From positions 1 through 64,000 of the forward strand of contig CDROCS010001116.1 of assembly GCA_977020255.1 (NCBI GenBank): 64,000 nucleotides of DNA, in the 5' to 3' direction. The notes beneath the pieces were generated by a model. It did not search any database, was not told the DNA's origin, and saw nothing but the letters and a program-made list of their open reading frames with translations. How positions within the stretch are numbered: the first letter of the stretch is position 1; the number at the start of each line of letters is the position of its first letter. Origin of the DNA: Obrimoposthia wandeli (Eukaryota). Shown piece by piece: positions 34,740-50,037 of this stretch. The translations under genes were made by a program, and so were the position numbers.

Positions 34740-35560
34740 AAATAATAATTTAAGAGTCGTATTCGTTGAGGCATGGAGTTTATTAACTTTTAGAAGCCGC
34801 AAGTTCATTCAAACTCTATTATAAAATTTTGCTAACCTTAGATACTTCATTTTCATGCTTGATAATAACTTTCATTTGGCTCCATACGTTTTCTATACAG
34901 TTCGTATTAGAACCGAAAAATCCCTTGAAGTAAAGTAATGTGGTGTTGATCGAACAACTGTGTGAGTAGTACTTCTATACGAGAAGTATCGTTGATAAAT
35001 CATCCGTTTGATAAAGTTCTTTGAAGGTTTAGCAGAAAAGTGTCGTATAGTAGTCCTTCGTATCTACTACTATTCAGTGAACTTTCAATTCTCACAAGTG
35101 AATTGAAGGCATTTACAGAAATGTATTCCCAAACAGAACATGGTCCTTGGCAGCTATTATGAGAAGTCCTAATACAGTCTTCGTTGAACCGCTCTATTAA
35201 TCACCTTGTAACATACTGCACAATGTAAAATTATCTTGAAGGTACTTTATCACTAAAAGTAATTTTCAGTCGGAAATCTAGAGGTTTTTGAAAAATTATT
35301 TTGCCCAATTGAAGTGAGTTAATTCATGGTAATCTGCTAAGGAGGGTTGCTTTTGATTATCGTTTCACTGTACTCACCGAGACATTGTGAAATAATTTCT
35401 TTATTTGTATAGCAAAAGTAAATTTGTAAGATTAAGACAAGCGCACTAATTTTCCATCTTCGCAGTCCTCAGCTTTTCTTACACCATTAAAATTTTCGGT
35501 GGTTTATCATCTCGATCTCGTTTTTATTAACTTAATGGTAACATTTCGCGATAGTTTTCA
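34740..35560 (-). mobile_element. Decayed Tc1-like transposase
   Basis: ...NCIENVWSQMK resembles the Tc1 SPDLNPIENVW motif; many stops. Confidence 0.55.
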
Positions 35561-38509
35561 TTCAGAATAAACTCAGCGTACATAGTTTTCCACTAAGAAA
35601 TTAATCTAAATCAAACATGATATATTTTCATTGCAAATAAATTGGTTAGATAAAGCAATATAATACAAAAAAATTAACTATCAAATACATCAAAAATCAA
35701 TTGTAAACAAGATACTAAACCAAATATCAGGACCTCACTTATTTTCCTCCATATAAAAAATATTTAGTTCCTTTATTTATTTCATTTTTTCTGACTTTTA
35801 TTTTTCTACAAAAAAATCTGGGAAAATGGGTATAACAGAAATGCTATTGGTCATTTGAGAAAAAATATTTCAGAGATTATAGGCATCTGTTTCGGTAAAA
35901 TTACAACGTTTGCTTTAGGACATTCGCCCCATTCCTTACTAACGATTTGATTTTGGATTATCACGGTTTCATCTGCTTCCGCTTGAATAGTCTGTGATGA
36001 AAAAGACACTTGACAGCCTTGAATTTGCATTTGTTTGGCTATATCTAGCTATATAGTAAGCTTTCATGGTCTCAAATAAAATGATAAAATTTCACAATTA
36101 TCGTTACTAAACGTCTTACATGAAACCCATATATTTGTTCAGATATTATTTTTCGAATTTCTGATCAAAACAACTGACAACTGTTCTTAAATTTCGAATG
36201 TTTTAAAAGCCTCTTTGTTACTTTCATCTTTCATTATCTTTAGAAATATTTAATCAATCATAAATAATTTAAAATCAAATAATCAAATTATATTGAAACA
36301 AATCCCAATATATGCTAGTTATACACGTTTTATCCTAAAATATTTTAATATTAAATGTAACTGTAATGGCAAATTCAGACATTCTTAAACTATGGGTTTA
36401 CTAATTTTTTAAAAAATATTACATTGTTTTATAATTATTTAAGGTATTTACAGAAATGCTTGGGGAAAAGCATCGGCAATTTGACACGCATTGGAATCTA
36501 CTTTGTGTTAGACGCATAGTTTGGTCAGTATGTAAGATCTATAAATATTTATTACATTTTTAAGCAAAATTAAAAAATGACAACGTGAAGAACATAACTA
36601 AACTAACGAAATGGTCATTATGTCAGTAAATTATATTGAACATTTCACGATTTTGCCTGTCATCCTTGCGCAGGGTCTCTGCCAATCTTCTTTGTATCGT
36701 TCCAATTTTTTCATACGTATATTCGAAGATTTACAACGTCAATCCTTTCTACTGCAGACTATTTCGGTGATCTCATTCATTTTTATCGGCATCAATTTAC
36801 ATGTAATTGGTCTAATTTAGGGGTTCCTAAACTTATTTAACCATCTTGAATTAAATATTGACTAGTTCTTCTGTGCGTCAATTTTTATTTTATCCCATGT
36901 GTTTCACGAAAGGTTCTCAGCATCACAAAAATACTGTTAAATCTAATGAGATAGATACACTTGATGATCAGCAATCAAATTCGAATATTTGACCGAATGT
37001 CAGTCATTAGTAGACGAAGATCACCTCTTTCCAAAACCCGCAGTCTATTCAGCTATTGTGTTACAAGCTGGGTAACAGCTCTAGTCGTTTTCAATCATAC
37101 TATAAGTGAATTCGATTTGCTTCTCTTCTATTTCAGGGTCACGTGTGAATGCGTTGATTACCCTTTTAGGTAATTTCGGAAATAATAAAATGTATCTTTA
37201 TTAACATGTGACTTAGAATCTAATATTATGTACAAGAAATAAAGTTAAAATAAATTCCGATGATGACTTTGAAAACGATGTTACGTGAACCAGTGCTCCT
37301 CACACGCCAATAGTCACTGTCAACTCCACCACAAAGTTTTGGAACATGTGTTCTAATCCAATAATAAATAATATTTAGTTCAAAATGATAAAATATTTTA
37401 AAAAGTATATGTTTGATGGAGCAAAGGAAAGGCGGTTGATGTGGGATTATTGTTGGTTTATTACCACGACAATTCAAACTATTTGACTGATTTTTGGTGT
37501 ATTAAAAATCTAGATATAATAAAGTGCATATATCCATGTAACATTTATAATATCTGAACAAATTAAATCCAATTGGATAAAAACGACTTATGTATAAACT
37601 TTATAATTTTGCTAATATGTACAATATTGTATAAGTTGTATAAAAATCATAAATGAAAACTATACCCTAGCATCGATAGATTTGAAAACGGCAGTTGCTA
37701 CGTCGGCATTATGTAATAATTATAACAATTTTAAAAGGTTAGTTTTTTACAAAGGTTAAAAATAATTTTCTTAAACACTCTCATACCAAATTCCCAGTTC
37801 TGATTACTAAAGATGGTCCATAAGGCATTCGTATTAAATTGTATTAAATTTGTGATAAAATAAGATTAATATCTCGAAAAAGAAGGAAATTAAGTCAATG
37901 AAATATAAGCTATTATAAGCTATTTTTAATATTTTTCTTCCCAAAGTTTAGTATCACAGGCCTTAACAGTGAACAAGCCCCTGGTTAAAAGTCAATTTTC
38001 TTTATAGGAATTTGAAATTATTTTAAAATATCTAAATTGGTCATTTAGGAAGTTTGTTATATTTGCTTAAAGATTTAATATCGCCACCGATATTTCGATT
38101 ACAAATATCGATTAAAAAGTCTAGTTTAACTAAAAAATGTTCTCTTAATTACCATTAATTACCATTAAAATAATTTAAAATAACTAAATCTTTATTTCGT
38201 TGTTTACAAAGTTATCAATGCCGATTTAACGCCAATCATTTTTTGGGCTCGAATAAAAAGTTAGACTTTAAAGAGAAATAAAATTGCAAATTTAGAATCA
38301 AAAAGTTCAAATTAACTAATGTAACCTAAAATATTTCCACTACCAGAACAAACATTTTTAATAGCTTTGTTTTAGTAATATTACAATAATTTGACAGTTT
38401 TATAATTAAAATATAACAAAATAGTTCAAAATTATTTGTTTTTGGCTACTATGATTTCATCCGCAGTGTTCTACAAATTCCACCTTTACTGTTGATTAGT
38501 GAAGTCTAC

Positions 38510-38843
38510 CTGTATGTCGTAAAGCTTCTTGAGACGCTGACCAACCGACCGATTGGGATCAAAAATCATGTGCAGGTTGTATCGCCAGCGCATAGTCCGA
38601 AGTACGTGAACATGGTCGTAGCGAGGATCAAAGAGCGACAGTTCCTCGTTCTTCTTCTTCCCGCGCCGTATCACAACCAACCAGACCCAGAAGTCTTGTT
38701 TGCGAATCACGTCCGTGAGTTTAGCACCACCACAGTACGGCAGCTCCCAGGCCACAGTGGGATAGAAGTGATCCTCGTAATGCAGCGACACCAGACTCTC
38801 GTGCACAATGCCTTTTTTCAGTTCGAATTTGCTACTCGTCAAA
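38510..38843 (-). CDS. FAM78: FAM78 family gene, middle exon
   Basis: Acceptor ctacag|T in phase 2 and donor CAG|gtagac. DHFYPTVAW, KLT...QDFWVWLV, FDPNRSVGQR. Confidence 0.9.
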
Positions 38844-39047
38844 CTGTAGTAGATAATCGGCTGTAGTAGAGGCATACACATTGTCTTACAATTAAAAAAT
38901 GCGACAAACTTTAATAATTAAAAAAACTATGCATAAAATCTTTTTCAAAATAATTATTTGTATACTTGTCAGGGGACTATTGATTTGTTAAATAAATTTT
39001 TAATACAATTCATAAAGTGTTAAAGAAGTTACAGTATATACTTTACG

Positions 39048-39760
39048 ATGAAGCATTTGTCTATGTTGGATCGAGACAACATAATATTTGATTTTTATAA
39101 GAAACATAAAGAACAAGGCAAGTTTTTCATTGTTAATCGCTTTTTATTGATGGATTTAGAAAGGAGTCTGAAATATAAAATCATCTTTCACAAAAAGTTG
39201 GAACAGGACGAAAAGCCATTCAATTTCCTGCTAAAAGAGTCAAATTACTGGTTAAAAACATGAAGTAACGTGTTGATGTATCACAGACAAAGAAGGCGAG
39301 TATGTTTGGAATCAGCCAACAATAAGAACAAAAGATTCTTAAGAAGTCAAGTATGAAATACTACAAAAGAATGCCTGTTTACAAAAGGTATGAAATTATA
39401 AAGCACCGAATCAAAGAGAGATGTAGCATACTAAGAAAGAATGAGCTAAAGCCCTTAAATTGCTATCTTCTTGTGATGGACGATGAGTCATATTTCAGTT
39501 TAAATGGTGACGAATTGAGTGCTAATAGAGGATTTTATACTGACAACAAAACAATTATGCCCTCATAAAATTCGCTTAAAGGAAAGAGAGAAGTTTCCTC
39601 CTCGTGTTTTAGTGTGGTTAGCAATTGCAGAAGATGGTTTGGTAAGTCAACCTTTTTTCATGTATAATGGACCTATAACAGGTGACATCTATCTAAATGA
39701 ATGCAATAAAAAGTACTGCTCCTTATATAAACTCTAATATATTTGAAACAAATTTTGGCC
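39048..39760 (+). mobile_element. Decayed Tc1/mariner-type transposase
   Basis: LVMDDESYF, KFPPRVLVWLAI, IYLNEC. Confidence 0.7.
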
Positions 39761-41715
39761 TGATGTTTTATGTTTTATTAATATTCAAATTTGTTGCATT
39801 TTCTAGTTCTAAGAAAATGTTTCGATCCAACATAGATAAATGCTTCATCGTAAAGAATGTACTGTAACTTCGTTAACACTATGAATTGTATTAAAAATGT
39901 ATATGATAACAAATCAATAGTTACCTGAGAAGTATACAAATATTTATTTCGAGAGAAAAAAAATTATACATAGTTTTTTAATTATTATTGTTTGTAGCAT
40001 TTTCTAGTTGTAAGACTACAAAGTTCCCAGATAAATATTTTTTGTTTGAAATATGTGAAATTAAACATTATAATTAAGCATTTTATAATTTGCATTTATA
40101 CAGTATAATCCGTTATAGGCCCCTGGCACAATCGGATAAATCTTAAACAGTAATAAACAATAAGAGTAATTTTCAATAACAATGATAATTAGTTAGAAAG
40201 CAGTTTTAAACGTTATTTAAATTGTTCGGGAAAAGACAATATATAAAAATCAAGTCTTAAATTTTCAGATAAAGAAAAATATATTTAACTAAATTGAGAA
40301 AATAAAATCAGTCTGAGATAGCACAAGAATATAAATTTCGTGCGCATCAGTACAATATGAAAGGTGTATTTTTCTTCAAAAGAAACAATACGAATGAGAA
40401 ATGATCAATATGAAGACATACAAAAAGTACTAATAATGTGGTTGATTCAAGCCCGACTTTTGTTCAATCCCTTTTTCTGAACCACTACTCATGAAGGCTA
40501 TACAAGTTGTACAACAGCTGAACCACAGGCTTTAAATACAGTGATTGCGTCCAACATGAATCTAATATCAGCTTTGGATGGACTTTCACGAGCTTACATA
40601 AATTCTTATGTGCCAACCACCGCCATTTCGCTTCTTAGTAGTCCGTTTCAAGATACTAACATACAGTGAGTCATTAAATTAAATTGGAATTTATAATCGA
40701 ACAAACAGTAATGAAGTGTTTTGTATGAGCAAAAGGTGCACTCAAGAGAATTGCTCTAGTAAATATTCTGCAAATATTTGTCAAGTTTTCATTGTAAGAA
40801 AGGCAAGATCAACGTATCAGGGTTACTAATTGCTTGATTGCTTCACAAAATTAAAATTGTTACAGAATTGACTGAAAAAACAACGAATCATTACAATTTT
40901 AACAAAGCATTTTTGAAAATCTACTGCAAAGTCATAAAATTTGTATACCTTTATATTTTTCATTCATCATTCTTGTCAATATCTAAGGGTTTTAAACGAA
41001 ATAGAAAACTGACTTCTTCCCAAAATCCAAGTAACTAATTAAATGTGTAGACTGTCCATTTTACATAATAGCTGCACAATATTTAAGAATAATAATAAAT
41101 GAAATTTTAAGTTTTAAGAGTAAATTTATAAAAATATCTTAAATGAATTTTAATTAATATACGTTTACTTCAACTTCAAATGTATTTTTCGTGTTTAGAT
41201 AAATTTACACGCACACGCAAACAATTTTAATAATATCCAAAGACAAGAAATCGGGGATATCTTAACTCCAAAAATAAATAAAATCAAATATCCAATTGTG
41301 CACTGCCAAGTTTTCAAATTTAGCAGCGACTAAATGGAGTGCGATATTTAGTTGAATTATTAAATTGATAGCGTACAATTACTTAATTATTCACACTTTT
41401 ATACAGATTTGTATAAATGACGTATGAAATAAGTGAATGTTTATGGATAAGAGACAGGTGAGTACAGAAATGAAGAAAAATCCACCAAACATAAGAGTAC
41501 GTATTTTATGGATGGTTAAATTATTAAATAATACAAACACATCTATTTCGAATTTTATGATTTTTAATTGTTAATTAATCAAATTCATAACACGCCAGAT
41601 ATTGTAAGTTAGAATTTGACAAATCGCTATTTTCCTTTTTATCGAAGAGATCAATATCAGTTTTCAGTTTTTATGTTTGACTTTTAATTAGTGTAAAATC
41701 AAATTTAAAACATAC

Positions 41716-42035
41716 CTATAGAAAGGGTACTGCCGACCATCACTATCATTGACCATGGTGTGTCTGCTGCTCTTCAGTGGATGGAACTCCCAGTAGCTGC
41801 TGCCAATGTCACCATAACGATTCTCCAGGTACATACGGTCGCAGGCCTGCACGAGGCCAATACTCCAGTTCCGATCCGTCTCGCCAGCACTGATGGCCAG
41901 CTTCACCTTGCAGCGGAAGTGCTGACTCTCATACTGTAGCAAATTGGAGGTCTCATTGGTTTTGGTGGACGTCTTCTCATCGTAGTAGACTCGCACGCTG
42001 TTCACCTGTATGTTGCTAAGACCGAACTTGGTCAT
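41716..42035 (-). CDS. FAM78: FAM78 family gene, first visible coding exon (true start may be upstream)
   Basis: HFR, WSIGLVQAC, RYGDIGSSYWE, DSDGRQYPFY, with donor AG|gtatgt. Confidence 0.9.
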
Positions 42036-45000
42036 TGTGCAGGGTTCTGGAGAACGGCTACGAGATGAAGGAAGAAGATATTTGGAGGGCCACTTTGACT
42101 AGGGAGCTTAGATCACAGCTTAGTCCCGAGAATGCATCTTTCAGTATCTCAGGGATTTATTTTATCGATTTGAAATTGGCATTTGATTTTGAATGATTCC
42201 AATCGTTAATTATATTCATGCATATGAGATTCATACAATCTCGATTTCAAGGAACGAGTTACTATCATTTTAGTACTGTCGTTGTCCTTACAGTCGTAAC
42301 CAGAAAAATATTTTAAGATTGTTTAGTAAAAATTTGCATTGTGAAGAAATTGCTGATTACGGGGTCGCTCCATGATTTGGGTTTGTAAAGGAAATTAACT
42401 AATTTTATTAAATAAACACTGTCCACCTTAAAAAGCTTAGAAACGATTTAAATATTTTTAAACTAAATCACTAATTTTGTCAACATCGAATGTAATATAT
42501 ACATATATTCATGCATCATCTGAAAATAATTGTAGTTATCTTAATATTTAATATTTTAAACACGTGAAAGGAGGATGTGTGTCTTTCGGAAAACCCCCAA
42601 ACTTCGACGTTCTCCTGAGAACGCCCGTTTTTCGGACATCTAGTCGACGCAAGCGTAGGCATTCGACGCAAGGAGTTAACTTTCGACGGATAGGTGTCTT
42701 TTTTCGTCTTCTAGTATGACCTATTTTTGAAGTAATCGATGCATTGACTTTTATTATATTATACATGTACTTTTAAGGCGATCTTATGGTCGTATTGATA
42801 TGCAGTCTTCACTAACAGGTAACCCATGGAGCTTCGGAGGTGGTATTAAAACGTAATGGTCTAGAACCTTTGACAACAAAAATAGTTTTCAAATGCAATC
42901 ATAATGTATTTAGTCTGACCTTCAGAGATTGTCCTTCATTTTATTAACTATTGAACAATTTTTTTGCTACTTTTTGAAAATAAATTTGATGGACTTTGTC
43001 CGGCTTTAGTCAGATTTTTAAAGGGCAACTACAAGGGTCTAAAATCTTTAATATTTTTTTATTTTTCAAATTAAAAGTAAATCAAAAAATGCTGTTAACA
43101 TTTTTACTATTTTTAGCGCTAAATTTAAAGAACTTAAATTACTTGTAGAATATTTTTACAAATATATATTGGTCTGGTAATACATGCAGCTACTGCAAAA
43201 GCTGATATTCAAAAATCAACGATTTGAATAAAACTTTACATTAAATAATTCAATAAATATAATATAATTTTTTAAGAGTTGTTTTAATGAACTCAGATTA
43301 AAATTTGGTTTAAATATTTGAATTCATGCCAATATTTGAGTTTCTAAATTTTTTCTCTATTAAAATAAGTATCGGTTTACCGAAAGGAATGCTGTTAAGT
43401 TAATAGTGAAGAATTCTTTCAAATTATTTTCAAACATATTTGTACTTTGGGGTTCTTCATGATTTAGTGTTATTTAATTATTTATTATTTCAGAAGAGGT
43501 CATTGATGTTACTTAACATTATCTCAAAGTTAATTAACCTTCCTTGCCTTAATTTAGTATTTTGGTAATTTAATTTAATATTTGTTAACTTTCTTATAAA
43601 CTTTGGCCAAGGTTATAAATATCAGCCAATGTATTTTAATTTAATTTCTCAATTTCTACTCCTCAGCAAAATGGTTAAACAAAAGCGGTTTATTTACTAT
43701 AAGGTCTTGAATTGTATGAAAGAACCTTGGGTTGAGATCTTAATTTATTGTATCAAAAAGGGATTTTAAAATGTGATGATCAATAAAATTTAAGTATGCC
43801 AAAATGCAGATATATCTGATTATCTTTTTCATTTGGATGAATCATAAAAATAAAAAATATCTGATGGCAGCTTCAACAGATTTGAATAAAATAATATTAG
43901 TATTGTTTATCTTTTTGCGTTTTTTTAATTTTACAGCCATATCCGTGTATGTCGCTCCAAAGGTTTTACAAAATTTTCATTTTTTATTCTGATAGGCCAC
44001 AGCTTATAGGCTAGAAAATTGCTTAATTATAACTTATCAAATATAGACATAAAAACATTTAAACTAAATTTTTCACATTGCAGGTTTATTGCAGACATTT
44101 TTGTTAAACATATTTTTCTGTTTACCTCTTGCTAACTTTGCAAGATTGAAATATTTTCATCAATTAACCATTTCGATGACTTAAACCTGGATTTCCCAAT
44201 TGACTTATGTGATCTCCATGGAAAGCACATCAAATATCAGGAGAAGCTCAACCAATATTTCAAAGATTTTAAGAACCATATAAAATTATATGAGTCAAAT
44301 ATATTTTGTTAAAGATTATAAGAAAAATTTAACGGCGTATTTAAATGCATGGTCAATTACACAGTCAGTGTTCCCAGCTTCGGTAAATGATAAAGGGATT
44401 TTTCCTTATAAATTTGCAGATTTTTTTTGCAGATTTACAAAATAAAACAGAAATTCCGACCATAACTGAATTCGAGGGTGTAAGTATTCATGAATATAAG
44501 GCTCGTGAGTTTTGGAGAGTAAATGTCAAAATCTCATAGTATGCTTTATTATATGTTATATATTTGTTATATTTGATAATTGTTATATTTGATTATTATT
44601 TCCAACTAATTCATTAGCAACTAATTTCGTCTTCAGTAATAACAGCAACAAATAATGATCAGTAAAATTATATTTTCAGCAATAACAATAAAATAATGAT
44701 CAGTTAAAATTCTGTTTTAAACAGTAAATGCAATAACAATGGTCAGCAATAATTTCAATTTTCTATAATAATTATGGTCAGTAATAATTTCTGTATTCTG
44801 TAATAACAGTAATAATTATAATCAGCAATAATTTCTGTATCGTTTTCTGTAATAACAGAAATAATTATGGTAAGCAATAATTTATGTATTCTATAATAAC
44901 AATAATAAATATGGCGAGTAATATTCTCTGTTTTCTGTAATAACAGTAATAAATATGATAAGCAATAATTCTTCTTTTCTGTAGCAATTAAAAAAATTAG

Positions 45001-46149
45001 TTTTAGAAATTATATCAAATCTCTCTATGTCAAACAATTTTATATTGATATTTCTGTCGCAAGTGACATTACATAAACTTGCAGACACACACGTAAATCG
45101 GTACCACTTCACAGATAGAAGCAGTGAAATAACATGTGTGTATGTGGTGCAGTTAAAATTGGGTAGGCAGAAAATCGATAGAGGATATAGTCATTTCTTC
45201 TGTGTTATCTCATACTGGGCAATTTTCCTACCGCGAAGCACAAGATAAAAACAGGACATCACTGACAAAATCGCTGTTCGACTATGGGCACTTCAATAAA
45301 TTGATTTAAATTTAAATTGGAATATTTTAATTCCCAACATATTTAACTTTTATCTCATGTGTTTGAATCCTTTCGCATAAAATCTTTATCAGAGGATGGG
45401 CTAGATCCTAAGCATTTATTTAGTTTACTGTGGCAACAGTAGGTGGATATGACCGGTCTAATCCACCTCCTCCCCGTGCTGTACTACTGTCCTTTAAAAC
45501 CGTGCATGTGTGGAGTGAAATTTCGTGAATGTGTGTTCAATTCACCCCCACCCGAAGGGGCGTGGGGTACCCCATACATTTTTTATGTGTTACTTGAAAT
45601 TTTGCAGCCAATCTCAAAAGTGATTAAAGAAGACCACTATAATAGATATTGACTCCCGTCGGCTTATTGCAGACGAGATTTCAGACAATACTTTTATGTG
45701 AATATATGACTACTATTTTTAAAGAGATAACAGATTTTACATTAATGCATTATTACATGTATGTTAACAGGACAAAATAACTAGGTCAGATTTATATAAT
45801 TTATAGGAGAAAGAGAACAAAATACAAGACTAAATTCATTTCAATACATTTATTAAACAACTCAAATATTAAACACCATATAAGCTTCACTCAAAGTCCA
45901 AAGATGTTGTATTTTCCTGTCATCAGCATAATATCCATTTAGTCGTATGGAAATATTCCATAGTTCTTCGTCTAAAATTGGAGCAATCAAAAAACCTAGA
46001 TAATTGTCTATTGTATTTTTTCTTGAAAGTTTCTTATAAACAAATATATGTTTTTCTATTTTTTAAAATGCTTATTGATAATATACTTTATTATACGACT
46101 GTAAATAATGTTTTAGTTAGACGAAAAATAGAATATTCTAGAATGAAAG

Positions 46150-46930
46150 TTTTGCATGTGAAATATACACGTGAAAGTGAAAGATTAAAATCGTTGTTTA
46201 TAAATTTTAATGGGAAACAATCTGAAAGTGATTTAGCTAAAGCCGGATTTTATAAACAGGATGATGATTCAGCCGATAAAGTAAAATGTATATACTGTCA
46301 AATGCATTATCTATTTGGGAATGGTATCTTAAACCAATGAAGAAACATATGATTTTTTTCTACATGCCCATTTCTTTTAAAATTACATTTTCAAATGTAC
46401 CAATTATTGAAACTAGTGATAAGAACCACCATTGATCGGAAAAGTATATGTATCAGATATTGACGTAAAATTACCTGATATATAATATTCAAAATGTTTA
46501 GGACCCTATAATGATGCTAATGTTATTGAGAAAATCGAAACAGATTGTATAATTGAATATCCTATAACTACAGAAAAATTCAATATGTTGATGGATACAA
46601 ACGAAATCAGATATTTGAAAAGGTTTTTTATCAAAAGATAGAATAAAATCTTTTTTTAAATATAAGATGATACGATATGGGGAATACAAATCACTATTTG
46701 AAATGATTTGTGATTTATCTTATTTAGAAATAAAACCTGAGAAACAATATATAAATATATTTTCATAAATTTTAAAAGACCTTAATGTGTAGTGTGTTTA
46801 AATAATCATATTTAAGTAGTATTTCTACCACTCAGACATGTAAATACATGTATATATAATGTCCCAGGATGCTACATTCATGTCCAGTATGTCGATGTAT
46901 AATTGAAAGGAGAATAAGAAATGTAAAATT
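46150..46930 (+). pseudogene. IAP pseudogene (BIR...UBA-like...RING) in the Maverick region
   Basis: RESERLKS...LAKAGFY...DKVKCIYC...KKH...TCPFLLKL..SNVP; ETDCIIEYPIT; CVVC...VVFLP.RHVNTC...CPVCRCII. Confidence 0.85.
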
Positions 46931-47289
46931 TCATGGTATAAACAATTGAAATTTGGCGATTTTTTCAAAAATGAATAAATAGGATAAATTAGTTGATGAT
47001 AATGTTGATGAAATTATAAAAGGAACAATAAATGGCGTTCAATACTTTTCAAGATTTAATGAAGATAGTCGTGATCACCTTAAAGAAATAATTCGCTCAC
47101 ATGTTTACAGAGATCTCAAATGGAAATTGGATCTTGAAAATTTCATTAAGATTATTCGTTCAAATATGATGTATATAACTTTTTCTGTATCAATTTTTAA
47201 TTCTTTTTTGGTGTATATATTAATAAAATGCTTATAAACAATATTCTTATTCTTATTATTTTTATTATTAATATGAAACTTTAAAATTA

Positions 47290-47885
47290 TGCGGTACATG
47301 TTGAACCAGTGGGACCCAGTGGGAGAGGAAAAATACATTTTGTAACTAAATTATTTCAAAACAATAAAATGTTTAATAATCGATTTAATGAGATTTATTG
47401 AGATTTATTGGCATTATGGTGATGTTTGTGAATCGGGGTTAACGAAAAGGGAATTATGTAAACTTAAAAACATAACATTTGTCAATGGTTTCGATTTAAA
47501 TTGGTTAAAACGGTTAAAACGTGATTATGTTATAGTAATTGATGACTTGTATGATGAAGCAAATAAAGAGTCAAGCTTTAATAATTTATTCATTAAAATA
47601 AAAAGAAACACTGTGTTACTGTAATTTTCATTACTCAAAACCTATTTCATCAAGGCGGTAAACATAGAACACGTAATTTAAACGTACATTGCTTGGTTTT
47701 TGTTTAAGAATCCTCGTGATCAAACGGTTATTGACTATTTTTCATGTCAAGCATTTCCTAATAACTGGCAATATTTGATAAATTCATTTCAATATGCAAC
47801 AAAAAATCCCCATGGATTCTTGTTTCTTGATTTCACTCAATCCTGTCCTGGTGAATTGAGAATACGAACCGATATTTTCAACAAC
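47290..47885 (+). pseudogene. Maverick packaging ATPase (copy 1)
   Basis: GPSGRGK, VIDDLYDEA, ITQNLFHQG, FKNPRD, GFLFLDFTQ. Confidence 0.88.
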
Positions 47886-50037
47886 TGTATGGTATATAAA
47901 CAAAATTAAAGATAATATTTCTTAAATATGAATTTTGAAAAATTGAATTTCGAAAAAATTGAAATGACTAATTATGTTGATACAAATTGGAAACCTTGTG
48001 ATGATATCAAACATAAAAGAGTAAAAAATTGATTAAAGCAGTGTTGAGGGAAGACAAAATGCTGATCGCATATTCAAAAAAGAAGACAAAGCTGAGAACT
48101 AAAAAACGTGTTAAAAAGAAGAATAAAAATGGGTTAAAAAGACAAAGAATTGTATTGTAATTGATAAAAAGGGAAAACAAAAAGGAGGTGTTAACTCATT
48201 TTCTCAATAAGACTATAAACAATATATGTGCTTTCAGGTTAAATAATAATGAAAAACGTTTTACCTTACTTTCAAACGCTTTTAAAAGCACCTAGTTCAC
48301 ATAGAGCTAAAATTCTCAAGTCATTTCCGCCTTTTGTTATAGATAAATTGGTTGAAATTCTGTTTTATATAATTAAAGGAAAAGTCAATCTCGGTAAACA
48401 TAAGTCGAAAGTTACAAAACACAAGAAAGTATTACTTGACCGATGCAAAAAAGGTTCCCGACACGATCGTACAAGACTAGTGACCCTAAACATTTATGGC
48501 AAAAGTGGGGGTACACTCTATTTTTATTTTACTTAAAAGTGTACCGATAATCTCAAAAGTGATTAAAGAAGACCACGGGAATCCATATTGACCCCGACGG
48601 CTTATCGCAGACGAGATTTCAAATAATATGTTTATGTGAATATATTACTACTATTTTTAAGAAAGATTTTAGATTAATAAATTACTAAATGTTTGTTAAA
48701 TATTTAAGTCAGCTTTTTTATAATTTATAAGATAAAAAAAACAAAATTAGTTTAGGTCAGATTTATATAATTTATAGGAGAAAACAATTATAGGAGTAAA
48801 ATCCCAAATACGAGACAAAATTTGTTTCAAAACTTTTATTAAATCAAACATAAAACATCATAATGGCTTCACTCAAAGTCTAAAGAGGCTGCATTTCCCC
48901 ATCATCGACAAAAATATCCATTGAGACGTATTGAAATATTTCATAGTTCTTCATCTAAAATATATATATAATCAGGTATGTAAAATCCCAAAATATTTTT
49001 CGAAAATTGATGTTGTTAAAATTTTGATGAGATATTTATTCTCCACTTTTTATATTTTCACAGGATTCATAACTCGAATAATTAGATGCATCTTTAATAT
49101 ATTACATGACTTTCCTTTTGAAATTATTTCTGAATAATAAAAATGTCCTACATATCTCAAAAGTGGATTCATTCTAAAATAAAGAAACTGATCAAAATAC
49201 AATGTTAAATAAAAACTGATTATTACATGCCAAATGAAGGAAACATATTAAAAATGAATAAAACCGATTAAAATTTATTACATTCAAAATCAAAGAAAAA
49301 TAAATAGTTAAAACATATGGATATGATTAGGACGTTCAATTTTCCACATAGGTAAAATTGTTCAAATTTCATCTTTATTGTAACCATAAAGTCGAATTCT
49401 TATAGTCCATTGCTTCTTTTTCGGAAACGCATCAACATATTTTTATCTTCATTAGTCATCTAAAAATGCTGTATCAGCTCCTCAGATATAAAATTCGTTC
49501 TTAAAGAATGAAAAATTTAGAACTGCCTTTTCAACTTTCGGTTTAAGATATTGAAAATCTGGTTTTTGAATATTTGATAAATAATAACTAAACTTTTTTC
49601 TTTCAATTGTCACAGAATTTACTAAAGCAATCAGTTGAGCCTTCTTCAAGAATCTGACTTTGTATTTTAAATATATTGTTTCACTTCTTCATACATATTC
49701 TTATCCGATTCTTCAAATATTTCTAAATCTTTATCACCGCTTAATATCCGTTGGCTATCGTCCATCATTGATAATTGTCTGTGATATGAATGCATTTATT
49801 ATGATTTGTCCTCTAATTCTTTTATACTAATTTGTAACAAAGACATGAATCTCATTGGTTAATATAACTAAAGCATTGAATTTGATTGGACTAAATCCAT
49901 ATTAAAAAACGAAATTTATTGGAAGAAATATATCATCCAATTATAATAGGTTTGCACGATATTTACAAGAAATGTGCAATAAAAAAGCAGGTTCAGACAT
50001 GTTTAAAGAAGAATTTACAGAAAACAATTTCAGTCAA

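Noticed and set aside
44130-45110. Possible protein-primed PolB scrap (KGIFPYKF) and a PBS-like TGGTACCG next to short tandem repeats
   Set aside because: Too short and degraded to support a call, with no adjoining LTR or further polymerase motifs recognised.
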